A stretch of 55,965 nucleotides of DNA from Pseudobutyrivibrio sp. (lineage in GTDB: Bacteria > Bacillota > Clostridia > Lachnospirales > Lachnospiraceae): positions 1-55,965 of the forward strand of contig JABUSV010000186.1 in NCBI GenBank assembly GCA_021442555.1, in the 5' to 3' direction. The notes beneath the pieces were generated by a model. It was not told where the DNA came from. It searched no databases and worked only from the letters and a program-made list of their open reading frames with translations. Below, piece by piece: positions 39,747 to 50,591 of this stretch (the stretch's first letter is position 1; each line of letters opens with the position of its first letter). Made by a program: the position numbers and the translations under genes.

Positions 39747-41596
39747 TACTCTTCTCCCTTGATGCTAAAATCAAATCTCCTGGTTGTGAGATTCTTATTA
39801 TAATATGGATCAGTATGTTCTAAGACATCCTTCCATCTGTATGTAAAGATCCTGGTCTCTTCTTCTAATCTTACTTTTTTGTTATTGTCCTCATAATCAT
39901 AGCCTCTGCTTACAGATTCAAGATGATACCACTGTGCGTATGGCACATAGACGATGAGCTTATTCTTGCTGCGAAGCTTCAGACAATAATCAATATCGTT
40001 ATATGCAACAGCAAGCTGTGTATCAAAGCCACCTGCCGACATATAGTCATTTTTGCTTGTAAGAAGACATGCTCCTGTTACTGCAGACATATCCGACACT
40101 GTGGTGCTTCTGTAAAAATAACCAACCTGCTCACGTCCACTCCCTAAAAACGCTGAGTTGGCCACTCCACCCAATCCAAGGATTATACCTGCATGCTGAA
40201 CAGTATTATCACCATAATATAATCTGGCGCCTACTGCACCTACATCATCGCGACGTACCACATCAAGCATCTCCTTGATGGAGTCTGGTTCAATAAGTCT
40301 GGTGTCGTTGTTAAGTAATAAAATGTATTCACCCTTTGACTGACTTACGCCATAATTTACCAAGGCTGAGAAATTAAACCCTGTTACAGCATCCTCACAG
40401 GCGCAATAATCGCAAACCTTTATCTGTATATCATCTCTATGTGTAAGCTGTCTGTAATATTCTTGAATCTCAGATGAAGTACTGTTGTTCTCAACGATAA
40501 CAAATTCCAGATTCTTATAAGTACTAAGAGATAATATAGACTCTATACAGGGCTCAAGGTCCTCCTTGTTATCCTTGTTGGGAATCACGATGGACACAAG
40601 TGGTTCACCTGGCCAGTCATAGCAAGTCCTGTAATATCCCAAATGAGTATCCAACACCACATGAGCTGGTATGCCACATCTTCTCAGATGATCCTCGACG
40701 GCTCTTCTGCCATTATCAAAGGCATACATCTTGGCCTCAGGCGCCGAAGCTGTTGACGCGTCATGACATCTCCAGTGATATACTGCCTCAGGAATATGTC
40801 TGATATTACTGCATCTTTCCACAACTCTTAGAAGCATATCATGATCCTGTGCACCATCGTACTCACTCTTAACCTTGAGCTCCTTGATGAGTGGTGCCTT
40901 GCAGACAACCAGATGTGTTATATAGTTATGGCTGCGAAGTAAGTCAATATTGAAATCAGACTTGAAGTGTGGAAGAAAATAGTTCTTGCCTTCCATATCT
41001 ATCTTGTCTTCGTCTGTATATATAAAATCAATGGTATTGTCCTGATTTAAGGCCTTAACCACCTGATACAGGGCATCTGCCCTAAGCAAATCATCATGAT
41101 CACAAAAAGCTATGTAATCACCTTCTGCCATATCAATAGCCGCATTGGTATTGCCTGCTATTCCCTCGTTGGTGCCCAGGAAGCTGTAGCATATCCTGCT
41201 GTCATCCCTGGCTCCTGTGGCTCTGTCAATAATATCTGCAATACCCTCATTAGGGCTTCCATCAGCAAGACAAAGCTGCCAGTTGGTATATACCTGCGCT
41301 TCTATCGACTCTATGAGCTCGATTAGGAATCTCTCTGGAGTATTATACAAAGGAATTACTATACTAATCAGCGGTCTGAATGAAAACTCATCAGCCTCGT
41401 GCCTGTATTTCAAAAGCATCTCATCAGTAAGCGGATGAAGCTTTAAAAACTGCGAATACGCAAAATGCTCCTGGTCCCTGCCCATGAGCTTTTTGATTAT
41501 TTTGGAAGCTGTCTTTTTGACACCGTAGTGCTGACAATACACATAGGCTTTTTCTAATTTATTTGAAGGTTCTTTGTATTCTCTGATTTTATCCAT
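39746..41596 (-). CDS. Two-domain GT2 glycosyltransferase
   Basis: ISIVIPLYN, FCDHDD, YTDEDK, GAQDHD; second domain SIVIPNKD, LLNND, AVTGACL, YNDIDYCL, HLESVSRG. Confidence 0.93.
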   Translation of the reverse strand: MDKIREYKEPSNKLEKAYVYCQHYGVKKTASKIIKKLMGRDQEHFAYSQFLKLHPLTDEMLLKYRHEADEFSFRPLISIVIPLYNTPERFLIELIESIEAQVYTNWQLCLADGSPNEGIADIIDRATGARDDSRICYSFLGTNEGIAGNTNAAIDMAEGDYIAFCDHDDLLRADALYQVVKALNQDNTIDFIYTDEDKIDMEGKNYFLPHFKSDFNIDLLRSHNYITHLVVCKAPLIKELKVKSEYDGAQDHDMLLRVVERCSNIRHIPEAVYHWRCHDASTASAPEAKMYAFDNGRRAVEDHLRRCGIPAHVVLDTHLGYYRTCYDWPGEPLVSIVIPNKDNKEDLEPCIESILSLSTYKNLEFVIVENNSTSSEIQEYYRQLTHRDDIQIKVCDYCACEDAVTGFNFSALVNYGVSQSKGEYILLLNNDTRLIEPDSIKEMLDVVRRDDVGAVGARLYYGDNTVQHAGIILGLGGVANSAFLGSGREQVGYFYRSTTVSDMSAVTGACLLTSKNDYMSAGGFDTQLAVAYNDIDYCLKLRSKNKLIVYVPYAQWYHLESVSRGYDYEDNNKKVRLEEETRIFTYRWKDVLEHTDPYYNKNLTTRRFDFSIKGEE

Positions 41597-41606
41597 AGTT
41601 AGATTA

Positions 41607-42941
41607 TTATAACCCTTTTGGTGACATAAAGCAAAATCTCAGCTTTGGTACACGGATTGCTAAGAGTATAGCTTTTGCCACATTGTCTGCTATCATGCAC
41701 ATCCATACAATACTAAGATCTCCCCCTATGTAGTTCACACAATAGTAAGTTGATAATATACGAACTATCCACATTCCAAACAGCTCCACAAACAGTGGAT
41801 ATCTTGTATTACCCAATCCATAATAAAAGCCTTCTGTAACAACATAGATTCCAAAGAACGGCTCAGAAAAAGCAACCATCTTGAGTACCGTGGCCCCCAT
41901 TTGAGCTACAGTTGCATCCGTTGTAAACAACTCCATAAGTGGCAACGCAAAATTATAGAGCAATACACCTGATATAAGCATCACACCTATAGTCATGGCC
42001 GTTGCCATCTTAGTCACCGACTTGTATTTGTCATAATCCTGTTCACCATAGCTTATTCCTGTCAAGGTCGTGGCTGCTGATTTAAAACCATAACCTCCTA
42101 TATAGAATAATTCCTCAGCCCCTAGAGCAATGGAATGGGCGGCAAACACCCATGTTCCCATATGGGATACCATACCTGCAAAAACCACATATCCTGAACA
42201 TGAAGCCACATTGATAATCAATACTGGATAGCTCATCTTCCACATTTTAAGAAGTATTCCTCTGTCCATGGAAACATGTTCTATTGAATTTTTAAATTCA
42301 TTCTTTGACAGGAAGGCAAAGAGCGATACGCTTCCCGCAAATGCTGTTGAAACCGCTGTTGCCATGGCAGCTCCAAAGACACCGCCACCCATCTGGTAGA
42401 TAAAAATATAATCCAACACCACGTTGAGAACATTTGACCCAATGCCAATATACATCGGTGTTCTGGTATCTTTGGCCGCTCTTAGTGCGTTGTTAAGAAT
42501 AATATTTACTGCTCTAAACAGAACAACACACGATATCACTCTGAAATATAAAGCCGCATCATGACATACCGTTTCATCTGCTCCCATCCAATATGGAACA
42601 TAATCAGCTATTAAATAGCATATAAAACCTATAATAGCACCAATAAACACCGCTATTATCAGACTGTGCCTTGCAATCTTTTTTACATCTTCCTCGTCCT
42701 TGCGTCCAATCGCCTGGGCGATAAGACTCATGGTTGCAACGCCAAAGGCACCTGGTATACTACCTATGAGCCAGGTAATTGTTGTTGAAACAGACACTGC
42801 CGCAGTAGCATTTGGACCCAGATGTCCTACCATGGCAGTATCCACGTATTGCATAAGCACAGATAATATCTGCTCTAACATCGTAGGTAATGCCAGAGAT
42901 ATTAGTGTATTAAAAATATGTCTTTTATCTTTATAGCCCAT
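41607..42941 (-). CDS. MATE family efflux transporter
   Basis: LALP, VDTAMVGHLG, DTRTPM, NVVLDYIFI, GAAMAT; multi-TM. Confidence 0.92.
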   Translation of the reverse strand: MGYKDKRHIFNTLISLALPTMLEQILSVLMQYVDTAMVGHLGPNATAAVSVSTTITWLIGSIPGAFGVATMSLIAQAIGRKDEEDVKKIARHSLIIAVFIGAIIGFICYLIADYVPYWMGADETVCHDAALYFRVISCVVLFRAVNIILNNALRAAKDTRTPMYIGIGSNVLNVVLDYIFIYQMGGGVFGAAMATAVSTAFAGSVSLFAFLSKNEFKNSIEHVSMDRGILLKMWKMSYPVLIINVASCSGYVVFAGMVSHMGTWVFAAHSIALGAEELFYIGGYGFKSAATTLTGISYGEQDYDKYKSVTKMATAMTIGVMLISGVLLYNFALPLMELFTTDATVAQMGATVLKMVAFSEPFFGIYVVTEGFYYGLGNTRYPLFVELFGMWIVRILSTYYCVNYIGGDLSIVWMCMIADNVAKAILLAIRVPKLRFCFMSPKGL

Positions 42942-42943
42942 AA

Positions 42944-44146
42944 TTAAATATTCTTCAAATCAAAGTATTTGATAACCTCTCCAATAAAATACAGAGAACC
43001 AAACACTATTATTCTATTGTCAAAACAGCAAGCCCGTTCCATGGCTTCTTCTATCGAAGTGCAGTCTATGGCCTCAATTCCATCAGCATTTATCTCATCC
43101 GCCAGTGTCTTTGCCTGAAGTGCCCTGCTGTAGTCCACTGTAAGTGTAAAAAATCTGTCAGCCAGAGGTTCCATCAGCAGCATCATTTCGTGATAATCCT
43201 TGTCTGCCATGACTCCTACTAAAAAGGTGTATTTTTCCTTGGAACCAAAGGCATCAATAAGGCCATCTCTTAACGCCTCTACTCCATTAGGGTTGTGAGC
43301 ACCATCTATAAGTACATAAGGCTCCCTGGATATGATCTGCATACGTCCTGGCCAAACTGCTTTCTTTAGACCCAATATGACTGCATCATCACTAACACCC
43401 ATTGCCTTGCAGGCTCTTTGAGCAACTCCTGCATTAAATCTCTGATACTTGCCAAAAAGTCCCAGTTCAATATCATCTTTAACTGGATCTGCTATTGTAT
43501 AATCAACATTAAGCTCACAACATCTGTCTTCAATAACTCTTAAAGCCTCCTTGGGGATTTCGCTTCCAATAACACATTTTTTAACCTGAGGCTTAATAAT
43601 TCCAGCTTTTTCTTTGGCTATCTTTTCTATTGTATCTCCCAATATGGCTGTATGTTCCAGGCCAATGCTTGTTATGGCGCACACTTCAGGTATAGTTTGA
43701 AGTCCCGACGAGGAATCCTTTGCTCCACCCAAGCCCGTTTCCAACACCATGTGGGAAATATTTTTTTCCTTAAAATAAATAAGACCCATTGCAAGACAAT
43801 AGTCAAACATAGTGGGTTCAAGCTCAGGTGTCAGCTCAAGCAGAAGCGTTCCTATTCTTGTAACATCCTCATCGGATATCTGCTGTCCCTGCACCATAAT
43901 ACGTTCATTAAATTTTACAAGATGAGGGGAAGTAAAAGTGCCTACACTATACCCCTGCTGCATAAGAATACTAGTGGCAAAGGCTGCTGTTGAGCCTTTG
44001 CCATTGGTACCAGCAATATGCAATATTTTCATTCCTTCTTCAGGATGACCCAGGAGCTCTAAAAGCTCCTCAGTCACTTCTTTGCCACAGGCCTTTCCGA
44101 AGCGACGTTTGTTCTCTATTGTATCTACCACCTGTTGGTAAGTCAT
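42944..44146 (-). CDS. folC: Folylpolyglutamate synthase/dihydrofolate synthase
   Basis: HIAGTNGKGST, FTSPHL, ETGLGG, EKAGIIK, WPGR, DGAHN, GSLY. Confidence 0.95.
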   Translation of the reverse strand: MTYQQVVDTIENKRRFGKACGKEVTEELLELLGHPEEGMKILHIAGTNGKGSTAAFATSILMQQGYSVGTFTSPHLVKFNERIMVQGQQISDEDVTRIGTLLLELTPELEPTMFDYCLAMGLIYFKEKNISHMVLETGLGGAKDSSSGLQTIPEVCAITSIGLEHTAILGDTIEKIAKEKAGIIKPQVKKCVIGSEIPKEALRVIEDRCCELNVDYTIADPVKDDIELGLFGKYQRFNAGVAQRACKAMGVSDDAVILGLKKAVWPGRMQIISREPYVLIDGAHNPNGVEALRDGLIDAFGSKEKYTFLVGVMADKDYHEMMLLMEPLADRFFTLTVDYSRALQAKTLADEINADGIEAIDCTSIEEAMERACCFDNRIIVFGSLYFIGEVIKYFDLKNI

Positions 44147-44983
44147 TTACACCACCATTATAAGTCCGCCATCGTTGGCATACATACTACTTACTCCACG
44201 CGTATCAACGATAAAAATATCCTTGAAATCACACAAAGCTTCCATTTTTTCCTTGAGCATCTGAGCCTTGGCAGGAGCATTACAGTGTGAGATGGCAAGT
44301 ATTTTCTCCTGAGAATTCTCAGTAACCTCCATAAGACATTGCCCCATCTTGTCAAGGGCCTTGACCATACCTCTGGCCTGTGCCAGCTGCTGAATACTTC
44401 CTTCATCTGTAGAACCCATAATAGGCTTGATGTTAAGAGTACCTGCAATAGCTGCCTTGAGATTACTGAGACGACCGGCTTTTCTAAGTGTATCCAGTGT
44501 CTCTAATACAAAAAATGTATGCTGTCCTTCGATATATTCATTAACAGTCTCTACCACTTCTTCAAAGCTCATACCGGCTTCTTCACACTCTGCTATCTTA
44601 AGTCCAATAAGAGTCTCACCTATTGATGCAGACTTGGAATCAAATACATGAATACATTTACTGTCGTCGTCCTCCTCATACAAGTCCTTGCCCAGGCATG
44701 CACTGTTGTATGAACCAGATAACTGAGCAGATAAAGTAACAACATATATGTGCTCTGCCTCGTCATCCATTTCAAGCATATAGGCATTTGGCGATGGACA
44801 GGCTGACTTTGGAGATACATCACAGCTTGCTACCTTTTCCAGGAAAGACGCCTGGTCAAAGTTCTCATCGTCTGGTATCTCTTCCTCTCCCAAACGCAGA
44901 GTAAGTGGGACATTTACAAAATGTCCATCCCTTTTCATCTCCTCAGTTAGTTCACCACAACTATCAATAATAATCTTGTACAA
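44147..44983 (-). CDS. DegV family fatty-acid-binding protein (FakB-like)
   Basis: IIIDS, SACPSP, LSGSYNSA, FDSKSAS, GRL, LNIKPI. Confidence 0.93.
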   Translation of the reverse strand: MYKIIIDSCGELTEEMKRDGHFVNVPLTLRLGEEEIPDDENFDQASFLEKVASCDVSPKSACPSPNAYMLEMDDEAEHIYVVTLSAQLSGSYNSACLGKDLYEEDDDSKCIHVFDSKSASIGETLIGLKIAECEEAGMSFEEVVETVNEYIEGQHTFFVLETLDTLRKAGRLSNLKAAIAGTLNIKPIMGSTDEGSIQQLAQARGMVKALDKMGQCLMEVTENSQEKILAISHCNAPAKAQMLKEKMEALCDFKDIFIVDTRGVSSMYANDGGLIMVV

Positions 44984-45033
44984 CTCTATATCCTCTTTTT
45001 CGTTAAGATATTCTATCTATAGTATTGCTAATA

Positions 45034-46245
45034 TCAATGCTTCCATTGGAATGTAAGGACATTAACATTATCATCTGTAATATATGAGACATTGCGTATC
45101 TCCCAGCAAAAGTCTGTCAGATGCATATCTGTAATAAAATATTGTACTGTCTGATTCATAAGGGCAGTATCAGAAAACTTAAGGCTTATCTCATCTTCCA
45201 AAAGATCCCAGCTATCACCAAGAGTATATCCTATCCCACCAACATCCCAGCTGTCAAAATATCTGCTTTCCTTGACAAAATAGTTGTCTTCGCTGGCAAA
45301 ACAATTTGGAACAATAAAATCTGTATCCAGTTCATGGGTAGCTAACAGTTCGTCTGTTGTCATGGACATGTACGCATAATTTACATGTTTTTCTTCCATG
45401 CTGTCTGTACTAAGATATCTGGAATTGCCCCAGGTAACATCCATGTAGTAATAATTGCCATCCATCTTTACAAGATTCCATGCATGAGGTTCTCCATGAG
45501 CATTACCCGTGATAACAGTACATGGAACTCCAAGTTCTTCAAGCATATACCAGGCAGCATCGGAATATCCCTGACACACTGTTCTTTGATTTAAAAAAAC
45601 AGAAACAATATTTTGATTATCTTCACTGTTTGTATCGTATTCTACATTGTTAATCAACGTCTCAAATACATATTTGACCTTGTCATAATCGCTGTCAGTA
45701 AAGGAAATACCTACCATCCACTGTTCAACGGTGTCGTCTATCCTCTGTTGGATGTCATCCCGTTGTTCCTTGGTCATGGTGTAGCTTGGAACAAACTCCA
45801 GGCTAATTATGGCATCGCCCTGAGTGTATGTATTATATACATAACCGTTCACCCAGAACAGCCCACCGTAGTCAGCCTTAACGCAATTGAAGGCTGTATC
45901 CAAAACATCTGCATCCTTGGTCAAAAGAACTACTTTTTCCTTGTGACCTAAAATGGTATCCAATACCTGATCGTATACCTGTCTTGTCTCATCATTAAGC
46001 TGCTGGTATGCATATCTGTCGTAGGATATGGAAGTAACCTTCTCAGGTTCACCAACCACCACATTACCCACCTGCTGATAGTACCATTCCTTGACATCTT
46101 CAGTATTTTCGGCCTCTGTCAATTCCTTTGGCGAAAAATTGTCAAAGTGTAGTCCGCTGATATCAAAATCTAAAAAAACAGCTACTCCTAAGACAACACA
46201 CAGTATAAAAAGTGATCTAAATAAAAATCTGAATAATCTCTTCAA
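45034..46245 (-). CDS. Membrane-anchored transglutaminase-like domain protein
   Basis: Cys-His-Asp triad: VCQGYS, HAWNLV, YMDVTW. Confidence 0.88.
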   Translation of the reverse strand: MKRLFRFLFRSLFILCVVLGVAVFLDFDISGLHFDNFSPKELTEAENTEDVKEWYYQQVGNVVVGEPEKVTSISYDRYAYQQLNDETRQVYDQVLDTILGHKEKVVLLTKDADVLDTAFNCVKADYGGLFWVNGYVYNTYTQGDAIISLEFVPSYTMTKEQRDDIQQRIDDTVEQWMVGISFTDSDYDKVKYVFETLINNVEYDTNSEDNQNIVSVFLNQRTVCQGYSDAAWYMLEELGVPCTVITGNAHGEPHAWNLVKMDGNYYYMDVTWGNSRYLSTDSMEEKHVNYAYMSMTTDELLATHELDTDFIVPNCFASEDNYFVKESRYFDSWDVGGIGYTLGDSWDLLEDEISLKFSDTALMNQTVQYFITDMHLTDFCWEIRNVSYITDDNVNVLTFQWKH

Positions 46246-46348
46246 ACAAACACCTATACCAAAACCTACTTCTTTACTTGTAAAGAGGTATACTATTCCT
46301 TTTTACAATCCATTTAATTTTAATACATCCTCTTGGTTTTGTCCAAAG

Positions 46349-46373
46349 AAAAAAGCGGTGATAAAATCACCGC
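46349..46373 (-). terminator. Terminator of csp transcript
   Basis: GCGGTGAT/ATCACCGC with U-tract. Confidence 0.75.
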
Positions 46374-46467
46374 CCCCCTTAATCATGTCGTTCTCGCCTA
46401 GCTATTTATTACCACTTTCGTGAAAAACAAAAGGTACTTGAAAAACTCTGATTAAACTGTCATACAA

Positions 46468-46671
46468 CTAGCGAACTACTGTTACGTTAATTGCCTGTGG
46501 TCCCTTAGCGCCATCTGTAACATCATACTCAACAGCTGCACCCTCTTCGAGAGTTCTGTAGCCTTCTGCATTGATGCCACTGAAGTGAACGAACACATCG
46601 TTGCCTGACTCATCACAGATGAATCCGAAGCCCTTTGCACCGTTAAACCACTTAACTGTACCCTTGCTCAT
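46468..46671 (-). CDS. Cold-shock protein (CspA family)
   Basis: [24 protein letters not shown]. Confidence 0.96.
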   Translation of the reverse strand: MSKGTVKWFNGAKGFGFICDESGNDVFVHFSGINAEGYRTLEEGAAVEYDVTDGAKGPQAINVTVVR

Positions 46672-46717
46672 TTTGGTACCTCCAATTTCATACTCGCCGA
46701 TTTATATCGACTAAGTA

Positions 46718-46746
46718 AGAATATCATAACGGCATATTATACGCAA
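46718..46746 (-). promoter_or_regulatory. sigma-A-type promoter of csp
   Basis: TTGCGT-17 bp-TATTCT with extended TG. Confidence 0.55.
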
Positions 46747-46756
46747 TATACATATC

Positions 46757-48448
46757 CTAACGAACGTCTTTACCATTCTTCAATTTGGTCTTGTTTGCGT
46801 ACATATTCTGATCAGCTTTTTCAAACAGTTCTTCATAGCTTTCACCATCTGTTCCCAAAGTAGCCATTCCGATTGCTATGGTTGGGCTGCCAGAATCCAA
46901 AGTATCACCTTTTTTGCTCATTACCTCCATGAAATCGTGAACCAGAACCTCTCTGTTATAGTAATCCTCAGAATCAAGTATTACTACAAACTCATCTCCG
47001 CCTATTCTAAAAACAGGACTGTGCGCAAAGGTCTTGCATATAACTTTGCTGGCGGCAACAATCATCTTGTCACCTTCTTCATGTCCGTAATTATCATTGA
47101 TAGTCTTAAGGTTGTTCACATCACAAACCAACACCGCGTAGTCTTTATCCTGAGTAGAGTATTCTACACTTATTTTATCTACATACTGTCTGTAGGCAGT
47201 CTTGTTTCTAAGTCCTGTCAATTCATCCTTGAGAGCCATATCATTGATATACTGGATATACTCCTTGGTCTTCTTGGCCATCACAGTAATGTTTTCTGTC
47301 AAAATCTGCAGCTCATCATTGGTGTTACAGCTAACCTTGGCGTCCCAGTCTCCTTCAGCAAAGCTCTTGGTGGCTGCTGTAATCTTGATAATAGGCTCTG
47401 TAATATGCCTAATCATTCTGGCCGATGTAAAAATAGTAATAATTAAAAATCCTATAAGAATAAGTCCACTATAGATAATAACCATGGTTTTTTGCGATTC
47501 TATGTCCGCCACCTTGGCATACATGATAAGCTTCATGTTATTTCTAAGGGTGTTAAATTCATAGGCATATTTACCATCTATAGTATTAAAATATTCCAGC
47601 TCACCTGACTTATCATTGTTTTTAATAGTAACTAACATCTCATCAGAGAGCTTGTCACCAAACACATTATTTTCTTTATAGTATATAGCTTCACTGTCTA
47701 CACTTGCCAGTACGACTCCTCCTGTTTGATATACCGCAATATCCTCAGCCTTCTCCAATATACTGTCAAACGCTATATCCATACCAATAAGACCTATCAG
47801 AATATCGCCTTCATAAACAGGAACAATGTAAGATATCATTTCTACACCAACATTATCATTGTAGTATCTGTCCATCCACACAGCCTCACCTGCATTAACT
47901 GGTGTATAATACCAACCTACATGTTCAACATCATCCGGTTCATATGCAGTTATATCCGTTAATATAGTCTCCTCAAACTCTCCTGTCTCTGGAGATTTGA
48001 CATAGAAAAAGCCCAACCTGGTGTTGCTGCTCAAGGTTGGTTCAACAAAATAGTATACTGACATAACTCCATCAGTATTCTCTGCTATCTTAAGTGCTGT
48101 ATTTGTGAATTCATGTAAGAAAAGTCTCACCCTCCATGCTGAACGCAGTTCACTTGCAGGAGGTCTTACACCTTCAGAAATGTGATAGATATTATTTACC
48201 GACTGCTCCACAAGTCTAAGCTGAGAATTAACACTTTGCAGCTGTGCTTCACAGCTCTCACGAAGCATGGTCTCAGAGTTTCTTTTTATAAAATAATCCG
48301 TAATAAACACATTAACCACAATCATTACTATGGATAACAGAATAATGCTTATAGTTAACTGCGAATTAATCTTATTTCTTATTGACTTTCGGATTGCAAA
48401 ATTTAAATTGTCCATCTGTGGTTGTGCACCCCTCATCATACACTGCAA
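46757..48448 (-). CDS. Diguanylate cyclase (Cache sensor, HAMP, GGDEF); probable start at ATG 48415
   Basis: WYYTPV/YYND Cache-like segment, HAMP, DELTGLRN, DVNNLKTINDNYGH, RIGGDEF, ADQNMY. Confidence 0.93.
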   Translation of the reverse strand: MQCMMRGAQPQMDNLNFAIRKSIRNKINSQLTISIILLSIVMIVVNVFITDYFIKRNSETMLRESCEAQLQSVNSQLRLVEQSVNNIYHISEGVRPPASELRSAWRVRLFLHEFTNTALKIAENTDGVMSVYYFVEPTLSSNTRLGFFYVKSPETGEFEETILTDITAYEPDDVEHVGWYYTPVNAGEAVWMDRYYNDNVGVEMISYIVPVYEGDILIGLIGMDIAFDSILEKAEDIAVYQTGGVVLASVDSEAIYYKENNVFGDKLSDEMLVTIKNNDKSGELEYFNTIDGKYAYEFNTLRNNMKLIMYAKVADIESQKTMVIIYSGLILIGFLIITIFTSARMIRHITEPIIKITAATKSFAEGDWDAKVSCNTNDELQILTENITVMAKKTKEYIQYINDMALKDELTGLRNKTAYRQYVDKISVEYSTQDKDYAVLVCDVNNLKTINDNYGHEEGDKMIVAASKVICKTFAHSPVFRIGGDEFVVILDSEDYYNREVLVHDFMEVMSKKGDTLDSGSPTIAIGMATLGTDGESYEELFEKADQNMYANKTKLKNGKDVR

Positions 48449-48661
48449 ATACGAAAACGTATAAGTAAAATATAATCAGATCAGTCACAACACTATTTCC
48501 CCTAAAATCCTATGATTTATCACCATAGAATACAAAAACAAGTATTAAACAATACTTGTGAATATACTATCATTTTTTTTGCAAATTTTGTGAATAATTG
48601 CATGAATTCATAAAGAATTGCGAGTTTAGACACAGCTTGCACATATTCTCACCCAAATATG

Positions 48662-49237
48662 CTATTCAACCGTAGCTAAATAGCTTAAAAGCTCTTCACA
48701 CCTTTCCATGGTCATCTCTGCCATCACTGTGCTGTACTCTACCACACCAATGGGATTACCATTATATTCATCCCTTATCTGTTCTGCCGATGTGTTTCGG
48801 TTATTTTCCCAGGTCAATTGCTCTTTGACTATCTTTTCATAGCTGGTTTCATCTACAATATTCATAATGTAATCAAGAAGCTTTTGCATGCATTCATCTG
48901 CAACGTCATAGGCTTTGTCCATGTTGTCATTTGCTTCTTTTGTTGTAATAAAATCGCAGGCTTTTTTTACATAATCTTCATAGTCAGATTTGTATTCACT
49001 AACAATAGCCTCTGCTTTAAGATAAGTCTCAGATTTAGGAGCCTCCTTAGTATCTGATGTTATCGTTTCACCTGCCTTGGCTTCAGGTATTGCATCCTCT
49101 GTTTCAAAAGAATCTGATGTCTTGGATTCCACAGGTATAGTCGTATCATAATCATTGTCATCTATAGTATTTGAGCCTCCACACGCAGTAAAAAGTATAC
49201 CGCAGAGGGCAACTACAAAAGCATACTTATATCTCAT
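48662..49237 (-). CDS. Lipoprotein with C-terminal LprI/DUF1311-like domain
   Basis: Lipobox FTAC; EQLTWENNRN...TMERCEEL pattern. Confidence 0.75.
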   Translation of the reverse strand: MRYKYAFVVALCGILFTACGGSNTIDDNDYDTTIPVESKTSDSFETEDAIPEAKAGETITSDTKEAPKSETYLKAEAIVSEYKSDYEDYVKKACDFITTKEANDNMDKAYDVADECMQKLLDYIMNIVDETSYEKIVKEQLTWENNRNTSAEQIRDEYNGNPIGVVEYSTVMAEMTMERCEELLSYLATVE

Positions 49238-49327
49238 TTACGCCTTCTCCTATCAGCTGCAAAAACATATGAGATATATTACTATTTTAATGTGAAAATA
49301 CTGTTATCTTGAAAATGCTGGAATCTA

Positions 49328-50011
49328 TTATTTCTTTGCCTGGTTTTTTTTCATCTGTTGCCAGCTGAAGAACCCATACAAATCATTAATAAGAAATATT
49401 ACAAAACACACTACGACTGATATATAGCTTTTGTTCTGCAGGGTGGCGATAATCCAAAGAATAATCAGTACCAGATCATTGGAAGCATAAGCCAAGGCAA
49501 AAAATTCACACCTTCGCATGGTAAGATAAGAAGCAACAAAGCTGGTAAAAACAGACAGCGTGCTAAAGATTAGTGCCGGTGTATCCAAAGCGCGTAGAAT
49601 GAAAAAGAATACGCTTGTCACACCACATGATAAGAAAAACAAAAAAATATATTCCACCTTTTTCAGGTGATTTACCTCCACCTCATTTTTACCGTTGTCA
49701 GATGGATTCTTTATCCAAGTAATGATTGATGCCATTGCAATAGGCGCTGTCATCCCAAGATAGGTGATCATCTCTCCGTAATAAGCCTTATTATAGGAAA
49801 TAACACCATACATAATACTAAAGACAACTGTAAGGATCTGTCCCCACACGTTGCCCTTGGCATTTAAAATCAAAAAAGTCGTTCCCACAAGAGATGCTAT
49901 AAGCACCAATATATCTATTGGCCCAAAAATAAGCGCAGAAACTGAAATAGTGACCACCGACACTATCCATAGGATTATTTCGAATCTCGTAAAATATGAT
50001 GTTAAGCGCAT
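49328..50011 (-). CDS. pnuC: PnuC-family nicotinamide riboside/vitamin transporter
   Basis: LNAKGNVWGQ, YYGEMITY, YASNDLVLIILW, NDLYGFFSW. Confidence 0.85.
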   Translation of the reverse strand: MRLTSYFTRFEIILWIVSVVTISVSALIFGPIDILVLIASLVGTTFLILNAKGNVWGQILTVVFSIMYGVISYNKAYYGEMITYLGMTAPIAMASIITWIKNPSDNGKNEVEVNHLKKVEYIFLFFLSCGVTSVFFFILRALDTPALIFSTLSVFTSFVASYLTMRRCEFFALAYASNDLVLIILWIIATLQNKSYISVVVCFVIFLINDLYGFFSWQQMKKNQAKK

Positions 50012-50042
50012 AATATTTCCTTTTATACAGATGCATTCTGAT

Positions 50043-50591
50043 TTATTGTAGCATCCATCTTTTCTTTACAGGATAGTGCTCTCCTGTCAACCAGAAATCC
50101 TTAGTAGATATATTATCCCAATCCTTTTTAGATAATTGCCCTTCATAAACCACATAGCACAGTGTCACTTCTTTTTTTTCATAAGGCATTAACTCAATAT
50201 CTAATTGAGGTGTGTCTGTCAAAAGCTGAGCTTCAGCGGCCACCCCGTTTGCATAGACCAATGTTTCAAGATATAAATCATATAAATATACAGGTATAGT
50301 GCTGTCTGTTATGTTTGAAACACTTGCCTCTACTTCGATAATATCAAAATCAGTTCCGTCTGATACTTCCAGTACATCTTGTCCATATATCTTGACAGCT
50401 TCTTCATTAGTGTATACTTTTGCATTATTTACGGTAAGTGTACAGCATTCCTGCCACTGCTCTGATGTATTAAATGCAATATCTTTGTATTCTACCTGGG
50501 GATATTTCATGTTTATTCTGACTGTAGCTACTATTATACATACAAACAGGATAAATCCTACTACAAATAATATATATTTAGACTTTTTCAA
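50043..50591 (-). CDS. Membrane-anchored exported protein (DUF5028/DUF4352-like)
   Basis: N-terminal TM, RINMKYPQ, beta-rich domain, C-terminal YPVKK; overlaps the ABC gene. Confidence 0.65.
   Translation of the reverse strand: MKKSKYILFVVGFILFVCIIVATVRINMKYPQVEYKDIAFNTSEQWQECCTLTVNNAKVYTNEEAVKIYGQDVLEVSDGTDFDIIEVEASVSNITDSTIPVYLYDLYLETLVYANGVAAEAQLLTDTPQLDIELMPYEKKEVTLCYVVYEGQLSKKDWDNISTKDFWLTGEHYPVKKRWMLQ

Noticed and set aside
48538-48559. ACAAGTATT/AATACTTGT inverted repeat upstream of the diguanylate cyclase as an operator or riboswitch
   Set aside because: AT-rich 9-bp stem, adequately explained as a weak terminator or chance; no c-di-GMP riboswitch motifs
50012-50042. Riboswitch before pnuC
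   Set aside because: 31-nt gap is too short and unstructured
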